Part shown: positions 1-8,366 of the stretch, one piece after another
Position numbering within the stretch: position 1 is the first letter of the stretch
Layout: each line of letters begins with the position of its first letter
DNA from: Candidatus Woesearchaeota archaeon
GTDB taxonomy: Archaea; Nanobdellota; Nanobdellia; Woesearchaeales; GW2011-AR9
Assembly: GCA_016214025.1 (NCBI GenBank)
Contig: JACRPH010000004.1
Location: 17,370-81,369, forward strand
Length of the DNA stretch: 64,000 nt
Direction: 5' to 3'
Program-made: the position numbers and the translations under genes
The notes under the pieces: model-generated
What the model was told of the DNA's origin: nothing
What the model saw: only the letters and a program-made list of their open reading frames with translations
Databases searched by the model: none

Positions 1-206
1 CCTTTAACAAAGATGCCGTTAGCTATCGGAGCCAGGAACTCGTTATTCACTTTAGTGTGCTCCAATTCTTGCAATGCTTCCAGAGATACTTCTAGCTCAG
101 CATTCTGTTCAGCCAGCATAGTCAGATGCTGGTTAACTTCTTCCATCTGTTGCTGCATCAGCTGCAACTGCAGGTATTTCTGCTTTAATTGCTCTTCGTC
201 TGCCAT
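1..206 (-). CDS. pfdB: Prefoldin beta subunit. N-terminal part only; the gene runs off the window start.
   Basis: Reverse-complement translation from the ATG at 206-204 gives MADEEQLKQKYLQLQLMQQQMEEVNQHLTMLAEQNAELEVSLEALQELEHTKVNNEFLAPIANGIFVKG. This is the Q/L-rich coiled coil followed by the beta-hairpin region typical of archaeal prefoldin beta. It is absent from the ORF track because it is truncated at the window edge. Confidence 0.55.
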   Translation of the reverse strand, partial: MADEEQLKQKYLQLQLMQQQMEEVNQHLTMLAEQNAELEVSLEALQELEHTKVNNEFLAPIANGIFVK

Positions 207-331
207 TAAGTGGTTATTTAAACCGCAGTTTTATAAGGTTTTTGGAGGAAAATCAAGTTTGGAGGAAAGTCAAGTAAAGTATATTCTTCCTACCGACAAA
301 GTTTATATAGGGGTTTTAGGTTGCTACAACT

Positions 332-1792
332 ATGTTTCAGTTGGAATCCAAAAGTGCCCTTGATGATGTCATCCACCGGCTGGTTCTGGCGCCTATTTCT
401 ACTACGCATATGGAAACTGCCACCCGAATCGGCGAGCATTGCTTTGGAATAAAAGGGATAGATTTAAGGCATCAATTCATGGAGCCGAGAAGTTTTAGTG
501 TGGGAGAGTTCTGCCCTAAGTTTGTATTAGGAAATGATCGTCCTAAAGATCTCCGGGGCAAGACTGTTTATATCTTAATGCTGCCTGGCCCTTACAAAAG
601 CCCGGAAGAATTAGTGGAAAGGGCTCAGATAACCGCATTTACGGCCAAAGAACATTATGCTGACAAAGTAGTTCTTCTCGCTACTGATTTGCCTCATAAT
701 CGGCAAGACCGGGGCTGGGAAGAAGATGAAAAAGCGTTAGGAGAGCCGACTACGGTAAGATTTCATGCACGGCTGTTCAAAGCTGCTGGTATTGATGAAG
801 TAATAACCACTCATGAGCATTCCCCGCGCATTCCTGGGTTTTATGCCTTAGAATATGGGTTAATACCTCCTGAGCTTATTGCTTCTGAAGCGAAAGGGCT
901 TATATCAGCTCAGCTTCGGGTGCCTTCTCAGGCTGATGTAAAAGATCCTCTTATTCAAGAACTGGGAAGAAAAGTATTCAAGTCCATCAGCCCCCATGCT
1001 TTGGCGGCAGATTATCTCCTGTACCACTCTTCGCTGGCTGGAACTGATTTTCTTAAAGATGGCGGAATGAAAATAGTGCTGAAAGCCATGGACAAAGGCA
1101 ATATTCTGTTCATAAACCAACTTTATGGAGCATTATTCCTGAAGAATGTATCTATTATCTACTGCAATAAAGCTCGTAAAGCTAAGAACGATCCCGATGC
1201 GGTAGAAATTGACGTCGGAGCGGTCTCAGATAGCTTTGATACTTTGGAGGGAAAGATTGAAATTACTGCTGACGACGGAGGAGATACAGGAGGAACCCAG
1301 CGGAAAGCCGCAGAATGGTCTGATCAGGGAAATACTTGTGCCGCTACCGGAAAAACCTACGGCCGTCCGGCAGATCGGCTGATTTATTTTACCCATGCCT
1401 GGCTGGGTGGTGAGGGGCATCAAGCAGTACAGGAGATGTTATTCAAGAATGTCAGAGCCAGAGAGTTCATAACAACTAATACCCGGCCTTACATTAATGA
1501 ATCTCAGTACTACCGCTTTAAGACTAAGTCTACAGTATTAAGATTTGCTGATATGTGGAGCGATGCGATAATTGCTAACGAGCTGGGGCATGACTTGGGT
1601 GCAAGATATGACGGATTTGGGTCTAAAGAAGAGCAGCATGAATTCTTAAGGCCATTGTATACTCTCAAAAGGCATTCTCCTCATTTCATGGTTGATGGGA
1701 ATATCGGAGAGAGGCTGAAGATTAAGTTTTATGTAAGGGATGATGAGTTTAGAAAGGAAAGTTCATTTCTTCGCCAATTCCCACAGCGCTAA
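332..1792 (+). CDS. prs: Ribose-phosphate pyrophosphokinase (PRPP synthetase) family protein, long variant with a ~200-aa internal insertion.
   Basis: N-terminal region (RIGEHCFGI...GEFCPKFV...GKTVYIL) and the RQDR / HARLFKAAGIDEVITTHEHS segment match the Prs N-domain. The C-terminal ADDGGDTGGT PRTase loop and TTNTRPY match the Prs C-domain. Confidence 0.55.
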   Translation: MFQLESKSALDDVIHRLVLAPISTTHMETATRIGEHCFGIKGIDLRHQFMEPRSFSVGEFCPKFVLGNDRPKDLRGKTVYILMLPGPYKSPEELVERAQITAFTAKEHYADKVVLLATDLPHNRQDRGWEEDEKALGEPTTVRFHARLFKAAGIDEVITTHEHSPRIPGFYALEYGLIPPELIASEAKGLISAQLRVPSQADVKDPLIQELGRKVFKSISPHALAADYLLYHSSLAGTDFLKDGGMKIVLKAMDKGNILFINQLYGALFLKNVSIIYCNKARKAKNDPDAVEIDVGAVSDSFDTLEGKIEITADDGGDTGGTQRKAAEWSDQGNTCAATGKTYGRPADRLIYFTHAWLGGEGHQAVQEMLFKNVRAREFITTNTRPYINESQYYRFKTKSTVLRFADMWSDAIIANELGHDLGARYDGFGSKEEQHEFLRPLYTLKRHSPHFMVDGNIGERLKIKFYVRDDEFRKESSFLRQFPQR

Positions 1793-2524
1793 AAAATACT
1801 GCCGGAAAGAATTCGCTGTTTCTTTATTTACAATCTTAATTACCGTGGGCTCTTCATGAAAAATCGTAATGAGGGTAACCTCTCCGCTAGTCGTTACTTC
1901 CGTAGGTGTTTTGTGAAATAAAAACTTCTTTTGATAATTCATTCCGATTTTCTGCTCAATCCGCTGAGCATACTTTCTTGCGCTGGTATTGAACAAAACA
2001 AATATTTTGATATTTCTCTCTGTGGCTTTCTTGCCGTAACGGGTGAAAAATAGTTCAGTCATCAAAATATTTTTCCCAGTGCTTGCTCCGATAACGTATA
2101 CTTTTCCTCTCCTCTTGGTTCGTTCTAGTAGCTCTTCATATACTGCACTTAGGCCTTCCCATCCGTAAGAAACGGAAATATCTGGGTAAAGAGGGGTAAC
2201 TTTTTTCATTTGCAAGAGGCTGGGAAGAATCCCCTTCAAGGCGCTCTCCGCTTTGGCTATGTTCTCTTTTTTGTGATGTAGATAATCTTTTAGTTTTAAA
2301 GGGGAAGTGGCATCGAAATGCCTTGCCCCGTCTTTAACCGTTTCGCTAACCAGCCCTTTCTCCCGCAGCCGCTCCAGCACTTCATAAATTTTTGAGCCGG
2401 AAATACCTGAAGCTAGGACTATAGGGGTTTTCGTGCGTGGCCCATGCTGTAACAGAAAAGAATATACTTTAATTTCTCCTTTAGTCAAGCCTATTTCCTG
2501 CAGTAATGGTACATATGTATTCAT
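1763..2524 (-). CDS. TrmB-family transcriptional regulator (N-terminal wHTH plus C-terminal TrmB effector domain).
   Basis: N-terminus LQEIGLTKGEIKVYSFLLQHG is a typical TrmB HTH. C-terminal ...FRQYFLALWELAKK is the TrmB_C signature shared by the four other paralogs in the window. Confidence 0.7.
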   Translation of the reverse strand: MNTYVPLLQEIGLTKGEIKVYSFLLQHGPRTKTPIVLASGISGSKIYEVLERLREKGLVSETVKDGARHFDATSPLKLKDYLHHKKENIAKAESALKGILPSLLQMKKVTPLYPDISVSYGWEGLSAVYEELLERTKRRGKVYVIGASTGKNILMTELFFTRYGKKATERNIKIFVLFNTSARKYAQRIEQKIGMNYQKKFLFHKTPTEVTTSGEVTLITIFHEEPTVIKIVNKETANSFRQYFLALWELAKK

Positions 2525-2593
2525 AGGGTACCCCTAAGGAGACCCTTGTATTTAAATATTTTACGCATTAAAAATATATTGGTGATTTATTAA

Positions 2594-3451
2594 ATGGCAG
2601 AGAATGGCATTATAGATATAATGGGAGATTTAGGTGATTTAGCAGAACAAGCATTATTAATGAGGGCGTGGTGCTTAACTGAAGCAGTAATGATGCCTTC
2701 ATCAAAAAGCTTAGAAGTGCTTTCTCAGGCATTCCCTCGCTTTGAAAAGCACTTTGTAGAGTTGAAAACTCATCTTGTTGCAGGCAAAAACCTGGAAAGT
2801 TACTTTAGGGAGAATGTTCCACCGTTCCATCCTTTAATCCCGGCATTCGTCTCTGTAGGGGAAGCTACGGGTAATTTAGACATTTGTTTTGCTAATTTGC
2901 GTGACCACCTAGACAAAGAAGTAGAGCTGCGGGAAAAAGGGTTAAATCTATCACAACTGTGTACTTGGAAATTTTATAAAGCCATTTCAACTTTATTTAA
3001 TGCGGGGTTGCCCCTGGCGGAATCGTTAAAAGAAGCCAACAGCTATTCCAATTTTCTTCCTAAAGAGGTGATAGACGAGATTCTTGCCAAAACACCGGTT
3101 TATCAGTCTAACACTGCAAAAGAATTTAACCTTGCCCGCTTACAAGATATTTTAAATTATATCACTCATTTAAAAGATGTGGGAGAAGAGGTGCCGGAGC
3201 CTCTTAAACGGCTTCAACAAGGAAAACTGGTTAATCTTAATGAGTTTAGAAAAATTAAAGCTCCACAGTCTTCTGCCGATTTTGCCGAGGCGTTAGCTAA
3301 ACATCCCAAATATTTCCCTGCTTTTGTAGTAGAAATAATAAAATTTGGGGAGGAAGGAGGGATACTTGATGCGGTTTTATCGCGGCTGGCAGACTTTTAT
3401 GAGAAAAAAGCAGAGTATGAGCCATTTTTTCTGCAGAAAAGTGGAGAATAA
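2594..3451 (+). CDS. Soluble protein with two T2SF (PilC/GspF/TadC-type) repeats and no transmembrane segments.
   Basis: Two copies of the T2SF hallmark: PAFVSVGEATGNLDICFANLRDHL and FPAFVVEIIKFGEEGGILDAVLSRLADFYE (consensus fP.l...i.vGE.sG.Ld..L..lAdfYE). There are no hydrophobic TM stretches. Confidence 0.45.
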   Translation: MAENGIIDIMGDLGDLAEQALLMRAWCLTEAVMMPSSKSLEVLSQAFPRFEKHFVELKTHLVAGKNLESYFRENVPPFHPLIPAFVSVGEATGNLDICFANLRDHLDKEVELREKGLNLSQLCTWKFYKAISTLFNAGLPLAESLKEANSYSNFLPKEVIDEILAKTPVYQSNTAKEFNLARLQDILNYITHLKDVGEEVPEPLKRLQQGKLVNLNEFRKIKAPQSSADFAEALAKHPKYFPAFVVEIIKFGEEGGILDAVLSRLADFYEKKAEYEPFFLQKSGE

Positions 3452-3530
3452 TTCTCTACGATGCTGGCTCTGGAGTTGATTTTAAGGAAAAAGGGAGTTC
3501 TGGGTTTGGCTTTACGCTGCCGGAGAAAAT

Positions 3531-4103
3531 ATGAGTAAAGATGAAAAAGAGCTAACGCCACAAGTCTCTCAGTGGCTGAAAAACCTAAGCGATAATCTCG
3601 GTTACTTACGCCGTCAGCGGCATTTAAAACAAAAAGAAATAGCTGAGCTACTGAAGGTAAGGAGAAGCTTTGTAAGTATGATTGAGACCGGTCTTCGAGC
3701 GCCCAGCTTGTTAACTTATCTGCGGGGGATAGAACTCTTTGAAAGAGATCCCGGCGAACTTTTTGTGAGAACATTAGCGGAGGGAAGCAGCTTTCAACTT
3801 TATCCTCTTCACCTTCCTGAACAACCACCTTTATTTGCCTATGACACTTACTTAGACAGAGCGCAATGGCTGGATTCTCCCGCTTCTCAATTAGAGGTGA
3901 AAGTCCATACTCCCCCCGATAGGGATTATCCTCACACCCTGACTCTGCCCCCGCCCCAAAGCATTGATTTCGCTTTTACGCAGTTGGGCTTAGAACTCAC
4001 CGCCCTGGAACAGCTAAAAGGCAAACCCGTAACTGCTTACTATCAGATCTCCCCTCCGGAAAAAGAAAAGTTGATAGCCATTCGCTGGAGAAGTGGGATC
4101 TAA
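3531..4103 (+). CDS. XRE-family helix-turn-helix DNA-binding protein.
   Basis: LRRQRHLKQKEIAELLKVRRSFVSMIETGLRAPSLLTYLR is a classic HTH_3 pattern. Confidence 0.5.
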   Translation: MSKDEKELTPQVSQWLKNLSDNLGYLRRQRHLKQKEIAELLKVRRSFVSMIETGLRAPSLLTYLRGIELFERDPGELFVRTLAEGSSFQLYPLHLPEQPPLFAYDTYLDRAQWLDSPASQLEVKVHTPPDRDYPHTLTLPPPQSIDFAFTQLGLELTALEQLKGKPVTAYYQISPPEKEKLIAIRWRSGI

Positions 4104-4248
4104 CTTTTGTTCTTGTTGCTCCCAAAATTAAATATAAAGAAATGCGTTAATCAAACTAAAGAATAACACATTTCTAATATTAAGAATTGCTTTATACTCA
4201 ACAATTTAACACAATTCTTAATAAATCAGCCCCTAATTCTAAGCAATC

Positions 4249-5082
4249 ATGTTATCCCCGCGTCAAAAAGCAAAAGCCAACCTTCAACAGTACCGCCTCG
4301 TCGGCAGGCACTCTGCTGTTAAAATCTGCCACTGGACTAAAGAATGTATCCGCAAAGGCCGAGTGTGCTACAAGCAGGATTTTTATGGTATCCATACCGG
4401 CAATTGCTTAGAGATGACTCCAGCGATAACCTGCAACCATCGCTGCCTGCACTGCTGGAGAGATACTTCTTTATTCTCCACCAAGTGGGAAGGAGAGGCT
4501 GATGAACCTCAAGACCTCATCAAAGGCTGTATTGATGGAAGAAGGGAATTATTAATCGGATTTGGAGGAAGAGAGAATGTTAAAGCGGATAAACAATTTC
4601 AGGAAGCATTTGCCAAGTACCTCATCCCAGACCATGCGGCTATCTCTCTTACTGGAGAACCGTGTCTGTATCCCAAACTTCCACTGTTAATTGATTCTTT
4701 TTATGACGATTTCGGATTTAGAAGTGTGTTTTTAGTTACTAATGGAACCGTTCCGGAAATGCTGAAAAGACTGCGGATTACGGCGATTAAAGGAGAGAAT
4801 ATGGCTCATGCCAAAGAATTTCTGCCGTTCATTCAGCTGATGGAGCCGCAGTTTATTGAAGTAAAAGGATATGGCTTCTTGGGAATGTCCCGAAGGAGAT
4901 TAACTGAAAGTAATGTACCCAATTGGGAAGAAGTGCAGCAGTTTGCAGAAGAGCTCGCTGAATTGAGCGGGTATAAAGTTGGGGCGAAACATGAAGCGAG
5001 TGATATTGTGCAGTTAAGTGATATAGTACAGATAAGATTTTCCAGAAGTTATCTAAAAAAGACAAAGCCCAGTTGGAGATAA
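4249..5082 (+). CDS. taw1: tRNA 4-demethylwyosine synthase (Taw1/TYW1-like radical SAM enzyme). Its 3' end carries a RelE-like N-terminal fragment in frame.
   Basis: YRLVGRHSAVKICHWTKECIRKGRVCYK and the CNHRCLHCWR cluster match the Taw1 signature. The tail SDIVQLSDIVQIRFSRSYLKKTKPSWR contains a tandem 15-18 nt duplication and a RelE-like YxIxFSxxAxKxLKK N-terminal motif. Confidence 0.7.
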   Translation: MLSPRQKAKANLQQYRLVGRHSAVKICHWTKECIRKGRVCYKQDFYGIHTGNCLEMTPAITCNHRCLHCWRDTSLFSTKWEGEADEPQDLIKGCIDGRRELLIGFGGRENVKADKQFQEAFAKYLIPDHAAISLTGEPCLYPKLPLLIDSFYDDFGFRSVFLVTNGTVPEMLKRLRITAIKGENMAHAKEFLPFIQLMEPQFIEVKGYGFLGMSRRRLTESNVPNWEEVQQFAEELAELSGYKVGAKHEASDIVQLSDIVQIRFSRSYLKKTKPSWR

Positions 5083-5261
5083 TTCATAAGAAAGTTAATG
5101 AGATTTTGGAGAATCCCCATCATTACAAACCTTTGCGTGGAGATATGCATGGCGCATTTAGAGTACACATTCAGAAATCTTTCGTTTTAACTTTTGAGAT
5201 AGACGAATCAAATAAAGTAGTAAAGCTTCTTGATTATGAGCATCACGATAATGTCTATTGA
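5037..5261 (+). pseudogene. RelE/ParE-family type II toxin. Its first ~12 codons lie in the taw1 reading frame (frame-shifted junction), and no cognate antitoxin gene is present.
   Basis: FQKLSKKDKAQLEIIHKKVNEILENPHHYKPLRGDMHGAFRVHIQKSFVLTFEIDESNKVVKLLDYEHHDNVY matches the RelE/StbE core (KPLRG...R..IG.YR....ID.....V.IL...HR...Y). The only in-frame start is a TTG at 5073. The ORF is open from a stop at 5034-5036. Confidence 0.45.
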
Positions 5262-5312
5262 GAGTTATCCGTAAGTAACATTTATATCCTACCTCAAAAC
5301 AAGTGGTTAACA

Positions 5313-5762
5313 ATGGTTCGCGACTTAACCGGCAAACATGCCCAGTACTACGAAGCGATACTTCAGCTTAGAGATGTTTCTACTGAATTGGTTGAGGTTG
5401 TTTATGCTGAAGTAGAACGCTTAGGAATGAGAATCGCCCAAGCCCTCGATTTGGAGAATGGAGTGGATGTCTATCTTACTGATAAAAGCTTGACCAAAAC
5501 TTTAGCCAGAAAGCTTCAGGAGAACTTCGGCGGAGAATATAAAGAAAGTACTTCTATTTTCGGGCAGAAAGATGGTAATGAAATTACTCGCTTAACTATT
5601 CTCTTCCGCGGAATTGGTGCAAAGAAGGGCGATATTGTTGAATATAAAGGAGACCAATATCAAATCAGGATTTTGGGCAAAGATGTTCTATTGCAGGAAG
5701 TGAGCACCGGCAAGAAGATTCACTTGAAGTACGAAGACATGAAGAAGCTGAAGAAATGCTGA
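5313..5762 (+). CDS. Hypothetical protein.
   Basis: ATG-initiated 149-aa ORF with coding-like composition and no recognisable motif. Confidence 0.4.
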   Translation: MVRDLTGKHAQYYEAILQLRDVSTELVEVVYAEVERLGMRIAQALDLENGVDVYLTDKSLTKTLARKLQENFGGEYKESTSIFGQKDGNEITRLTILFRGIGAKKGDIVEYKGDQYQIRILGKDVLLQEVSTGKKIHLKYEDMKKLKKC

Positions 5763-6139
5763 TATCTACCGCAACATTTAAATATTATCCCAATATTGCT
5801 ACAACAATGGCGGCTACCAGCGAAACTTTGAGCTTTACTGTACCCTCTACGTTGAGATTGGAGCTTAGTGCTATTCCGGATACCGGATATTATGACAGCA
5901 CTTCTGAGTTCTTGCGGGATGCGATGAGAACACTGCTAGCAACAAGAAAAGATTTGAGGATAGCCATTGCTTCGGTGTTGTACAAAGAGGGGAAGATTTC
6001 TCTGGGGAAAGCAGCGGAAATTGCTGATGTTAATTACGAAGACATAAAAAAAATATTGGTTGAAAAGGGCATAAAATTAAAGAGGGGGGCAGAGACTAGA
6101 GAAGAAATGGAACGGGAACTTAAAGGTTTAAAATGGTGA
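5756..6139 (+). CDS. UPF0175-family antitoxin-like protein. An internal Met at 5807 is an alternative start. No PIN/DUF3368 partner follows.
   Basis: SVLYKEGKISLGKAAEIADVNYEDIKKILVEKGIKL is the UPF0175 C-terminal signature. Confidence 0.6.
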   Translation: MLISTATFKYYPNIATTMAATSETLSFTVPSTLRLELSAIPDTGYYDSTSEFLRDAMRTLLATRKDLRIAIASVLYKEGKISLGKAAEIADVNYEDIKKILVEKGIKLKRGAETREEMERELKGLKW

Positions 6140-6169
6140 TTGAATAGCATTTAAATTTATTGAAAAAAA

Positions 6170-6299
6170 GGTATTTGTTTAGCATCTTCAAAATCTTCGT
6201 CATAAATATCGCTGGAGCCGCATCTCCGTAGGAGCCATCCCTCTGCGGCTCTTGCAGTCGATAGGGATTGGATTTTGACTTTATGATGCTAAACAAATA
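6170..6299. repeat. Palindromic element with a 16-bp perfect terminal inverted repeat enclosing a 96-nt GC-richer core.
   Basis: GGTATTTGTTTAGCATC at 6170-6186 is the reverse complement of GATGCTAAACAAATAC at 6283-6298. The core contains the sub-palindrome GAGCCGCA...TGCGGCTC. Confidence 0.6.
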
Positions 6300-6308
6300 C
6301 AAAAAAAG

Positions 6309-6926
6309 ATGCACGCACTACTGGGGAGAGTAATTTATTTTATCTCCTTCTTCAACACAAAATCCTCCGCATTGCGGCACGAACTTGTTTTGGCCCCGCC
6401 GGAAATGATAACGGAGATGCTGGATAAAGAGCAGGAGCAGCTTAACGAGCGGAAGAAATTAGCGGAGGAACTCAAGAGTGAAGCAGTAAAGCTGAAATCA
6501 ATTCATAAGCTGCCGCAAGAAGCTATGATCTACCGGGGGATTAGGGGCTTAAAGGTATTATTCAAAGACACATTAAACGTGGGAAGGGACTATTATGTTA
6601 TCGGAGCACCTCGAATCTCACTGGAACTAATGGGCTCCACTTTCTGGGAGAATTATAATCTTAAGCGGGTCCAAAAAAAGATTGTGGTCAAGATGTTATT
6701 CAATGAAGACTTGCGTAGATGGTCTAAAGTAATCCAAAGCAAGAAGACTATCATAAGATTCCTACCCAAGAAATTTGACGGATTAACCGAAACCATTATT
6801 TACGGAGATAAAGTTGCGTTCATCGTGTGGACAGAAAAGCCCATTGCTACGCTAATTCAAGACCGGCATCTTGCCGCCAACTATCGGAAGTACTTCCAGG
6901 CATTGTGGGAGCAGGCGAAAAGGTGA
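6309..6926 (+). CDS. TrmB C-terminal-domain-like protein with no obvious N-terminal HTH. An alternative start lies at Met 6405.
   Basis: ...LAANYRKYFQALWEQAKR has the same C-terminal signature as the TrmB paralogs. Confidence 0.5.
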   Translation: MHALLGRVIYFISFFNTKSSALRHELVLAPPEMITEMLDKEQEQLNERKKLAEELKSEAVKLKSIHKLPQEAMIYRGIRGLKVLFKDTLNVGRDYYVIGAPRISLELMGSTFWENYNLKRVQKKIVVKMLFNEDLRRWSKVIQSKKTIIRFLPKKFDGLTETIIYGDKVAFIVWTEKPIATLIQDRHLAANYRKYFQALWEQAKR

Positions 6927-6972
6927 ATAACCTCGCAATAATTTTATAAACTCCTCAACTAAACACACCACC

Positions 6973-7767
6973 ATGCCTGAACTAACTGAAGAGCAACGGA
7001 AACAGCTGGAAGAGAAGATCAAGAAGATGTCTCCCGAGGAGCTGAAAGAGTTCCAAAAACAGCAATGCATCTTCTGCCAGCTCATCTCCGGTAAGATTCC
7101 CAGCAAAAAAGTATATGATGACGAAAAGTGTATCGCCGTATTAGATATTGCTCCCGCTTCTAAAGGGCATCTGTTGATTATGCCTAAAGAACATTATGCT
7201 ATCATGCCTCAAATTCCTGATAAAGAAATCGGGCATTTATTCCTAGTATCAAAATATCTCTCCCAAGTCCTGCTCAAAGTGTTAAAAGTATCCGGAACTA
7301 ATGTATTCGTGGCCAATGGCGCCGTGGCCGGGCAAAGAGCCCAACATTTCATGCTGCATTTAATTCCCAGAAAAGAAGGAGATAAAATAATCGAAGTAGA
7401 AGATAAGCTAATTGATGCCGGGCTAAGAGCAAAAGTAAAAGAGCTGGTAGAAAAACGATTAAAGACGTTGTTGGGAGTAAAAGAAGAGAAGCAGGCTGCG
7501 TTGCCGAAAGGAGAACAGAATGTTCCAGAAGAAAAATCCGTTCCTGAAGAAGAGTCAGCTGAAACTAAAGAAGAAACTGCTGAACCTGATGCTGAAGAGG
7601 AAACCGCAGCTGAAGAAAAGGTAGAAGAAAAACCAGCTAAGACTACTAAAAAAGCATCCAAGAAATCTTCCTCTAAATTAAGTTCCTCTAAAAAAAATAA
7701 GCCTAAAGATGAGCCAGAAAGCGCGGGAGATGCCAGCTTGGACGATATTGCTAATTTATTCAAATAG
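6973..7767 (+). CDS. HIT-superfamily protein with a degenerate histidine triad and a C-terminal K/E/S-rich low-complexity tail.
   Basis: CIFCQLISGKIP...GHLLIMPKEHY...ANGAVAGQRAQHFMLHLIPRKEGD shows the HIT fold motifs, but the triad reads H-F-M-L-H, with Met at the middle His position. Confidence 0.6.
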   Translation: MPELTEEQRKQLEEKIKKMSPEELKEFQKQQCIFCQLISGKIPSKKVYDDEKCIAVLDIAPASKGHLLIMPKEHYAIMPQIPDKEIGHLFLVSKYLSQVLLKVLKVSGTNVFVANGAVAGQRAQHFMLHLIPRKEGDKIIEVEDKLIDAGLRAKVKELVEKRLKTLLGVKEEKQAALPKGEQNVPEEKSVPEEESAETKEETAEPDAEEETAAEEKVEEKPAKTTKKASKKSSSKLSSSKKNKPKDEPESAGDASLDDIANLFK

Positions 7768-7787
7768 ACAACCCATCCAAAACCCTC

Positions 7788-8318
7788 ATGAAATGCGAAT
7801 ACTGCGATATACTTGAACGGAAGAGTACAGCAGATATACTCTACGAAGACAACGAAGTAATCATCGCCATAAAAGACTTTTCTATCGCTCCTGGACAGCT
7901 CACCGTATTTCCCAAACAGCATTTTACCATTATGGAAATGGTTCCTGACGATATCATCCAGAAATGTTTTGTTCTGGCTAATAAAGTGAGTGTCGCTATC
8001 TTTGAAAGCATGGGTGCGCATGGAACTAATATAATAGTGCAGAACGGATTAGGGGCAGGGCAAAAAGTGCCTCATTTTGCGGTAGAAATTATTCCTCGCC
8101 GGGAAGGGGATGGATTGAACCTGCAATGGACACCTAAAGAGCTGTCTGAAGACGAAAAAGAAACATCATATCTTTTAATCAAAGAAGAAGGGGATAAGTT
8201 AGTAGACATCGGGAAGAAAAAAGAGAAGAAAGAAGTATCACCGATTGTGACGGAGAAAATTTCTGGCCTTAATGGAAAAGATAATTACTTGTTGAAAAGC
8301 TTGAAAAGGATACCTTAA
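7788..8318 (+). CDS. HIT-superfamily paralog with a strongly degenerate triad.
   Basis: CEYCDILE...GQLTVFPKQHF...QNGLGAGQKVPHFAVEIIPRREGD. The triad positions read H-F-A-V-E. Confidence 0.55.
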   Translation: MKCEYCDILERKSTADILYEDNEVIIAIKDFSIAPGQLTVFPKQHFTIMEMVPDDIIQKCFVLANKVSVAIFESMGAHGTNIIVQNGLGAGQKVPHFAVEIIPRREGDGLNLQWTPKELSEDEKETSYLLIKEEGDKLVDIGKKKEKKEVSPIVTEKISGLNGKDNYLLKSLKRIP

Positions 8319-8366
8319 CTTTCCATCCATAAACCTTATAAAATTCTCCAACTCTCAGGTAAAACT

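Noticed and set aside
13-363. 116-aa Cys-rich plus-strand ORF at the window start
   Set aside because: Antisense to the prefoldin beta coding region (minus strand, 1..206), which has a convincing family match. The Cys/Ser-rich composition is a shadow of the Q/L/E-rich coiled coil.
7209-8021. 270-aa Ser-rich minus-strand ORF
   Set aside because: Antisense shadow of the two HIT-like genes and the GAA/AAG-rich low-complexity tail. No motif, and overlaps two well-supported genes.
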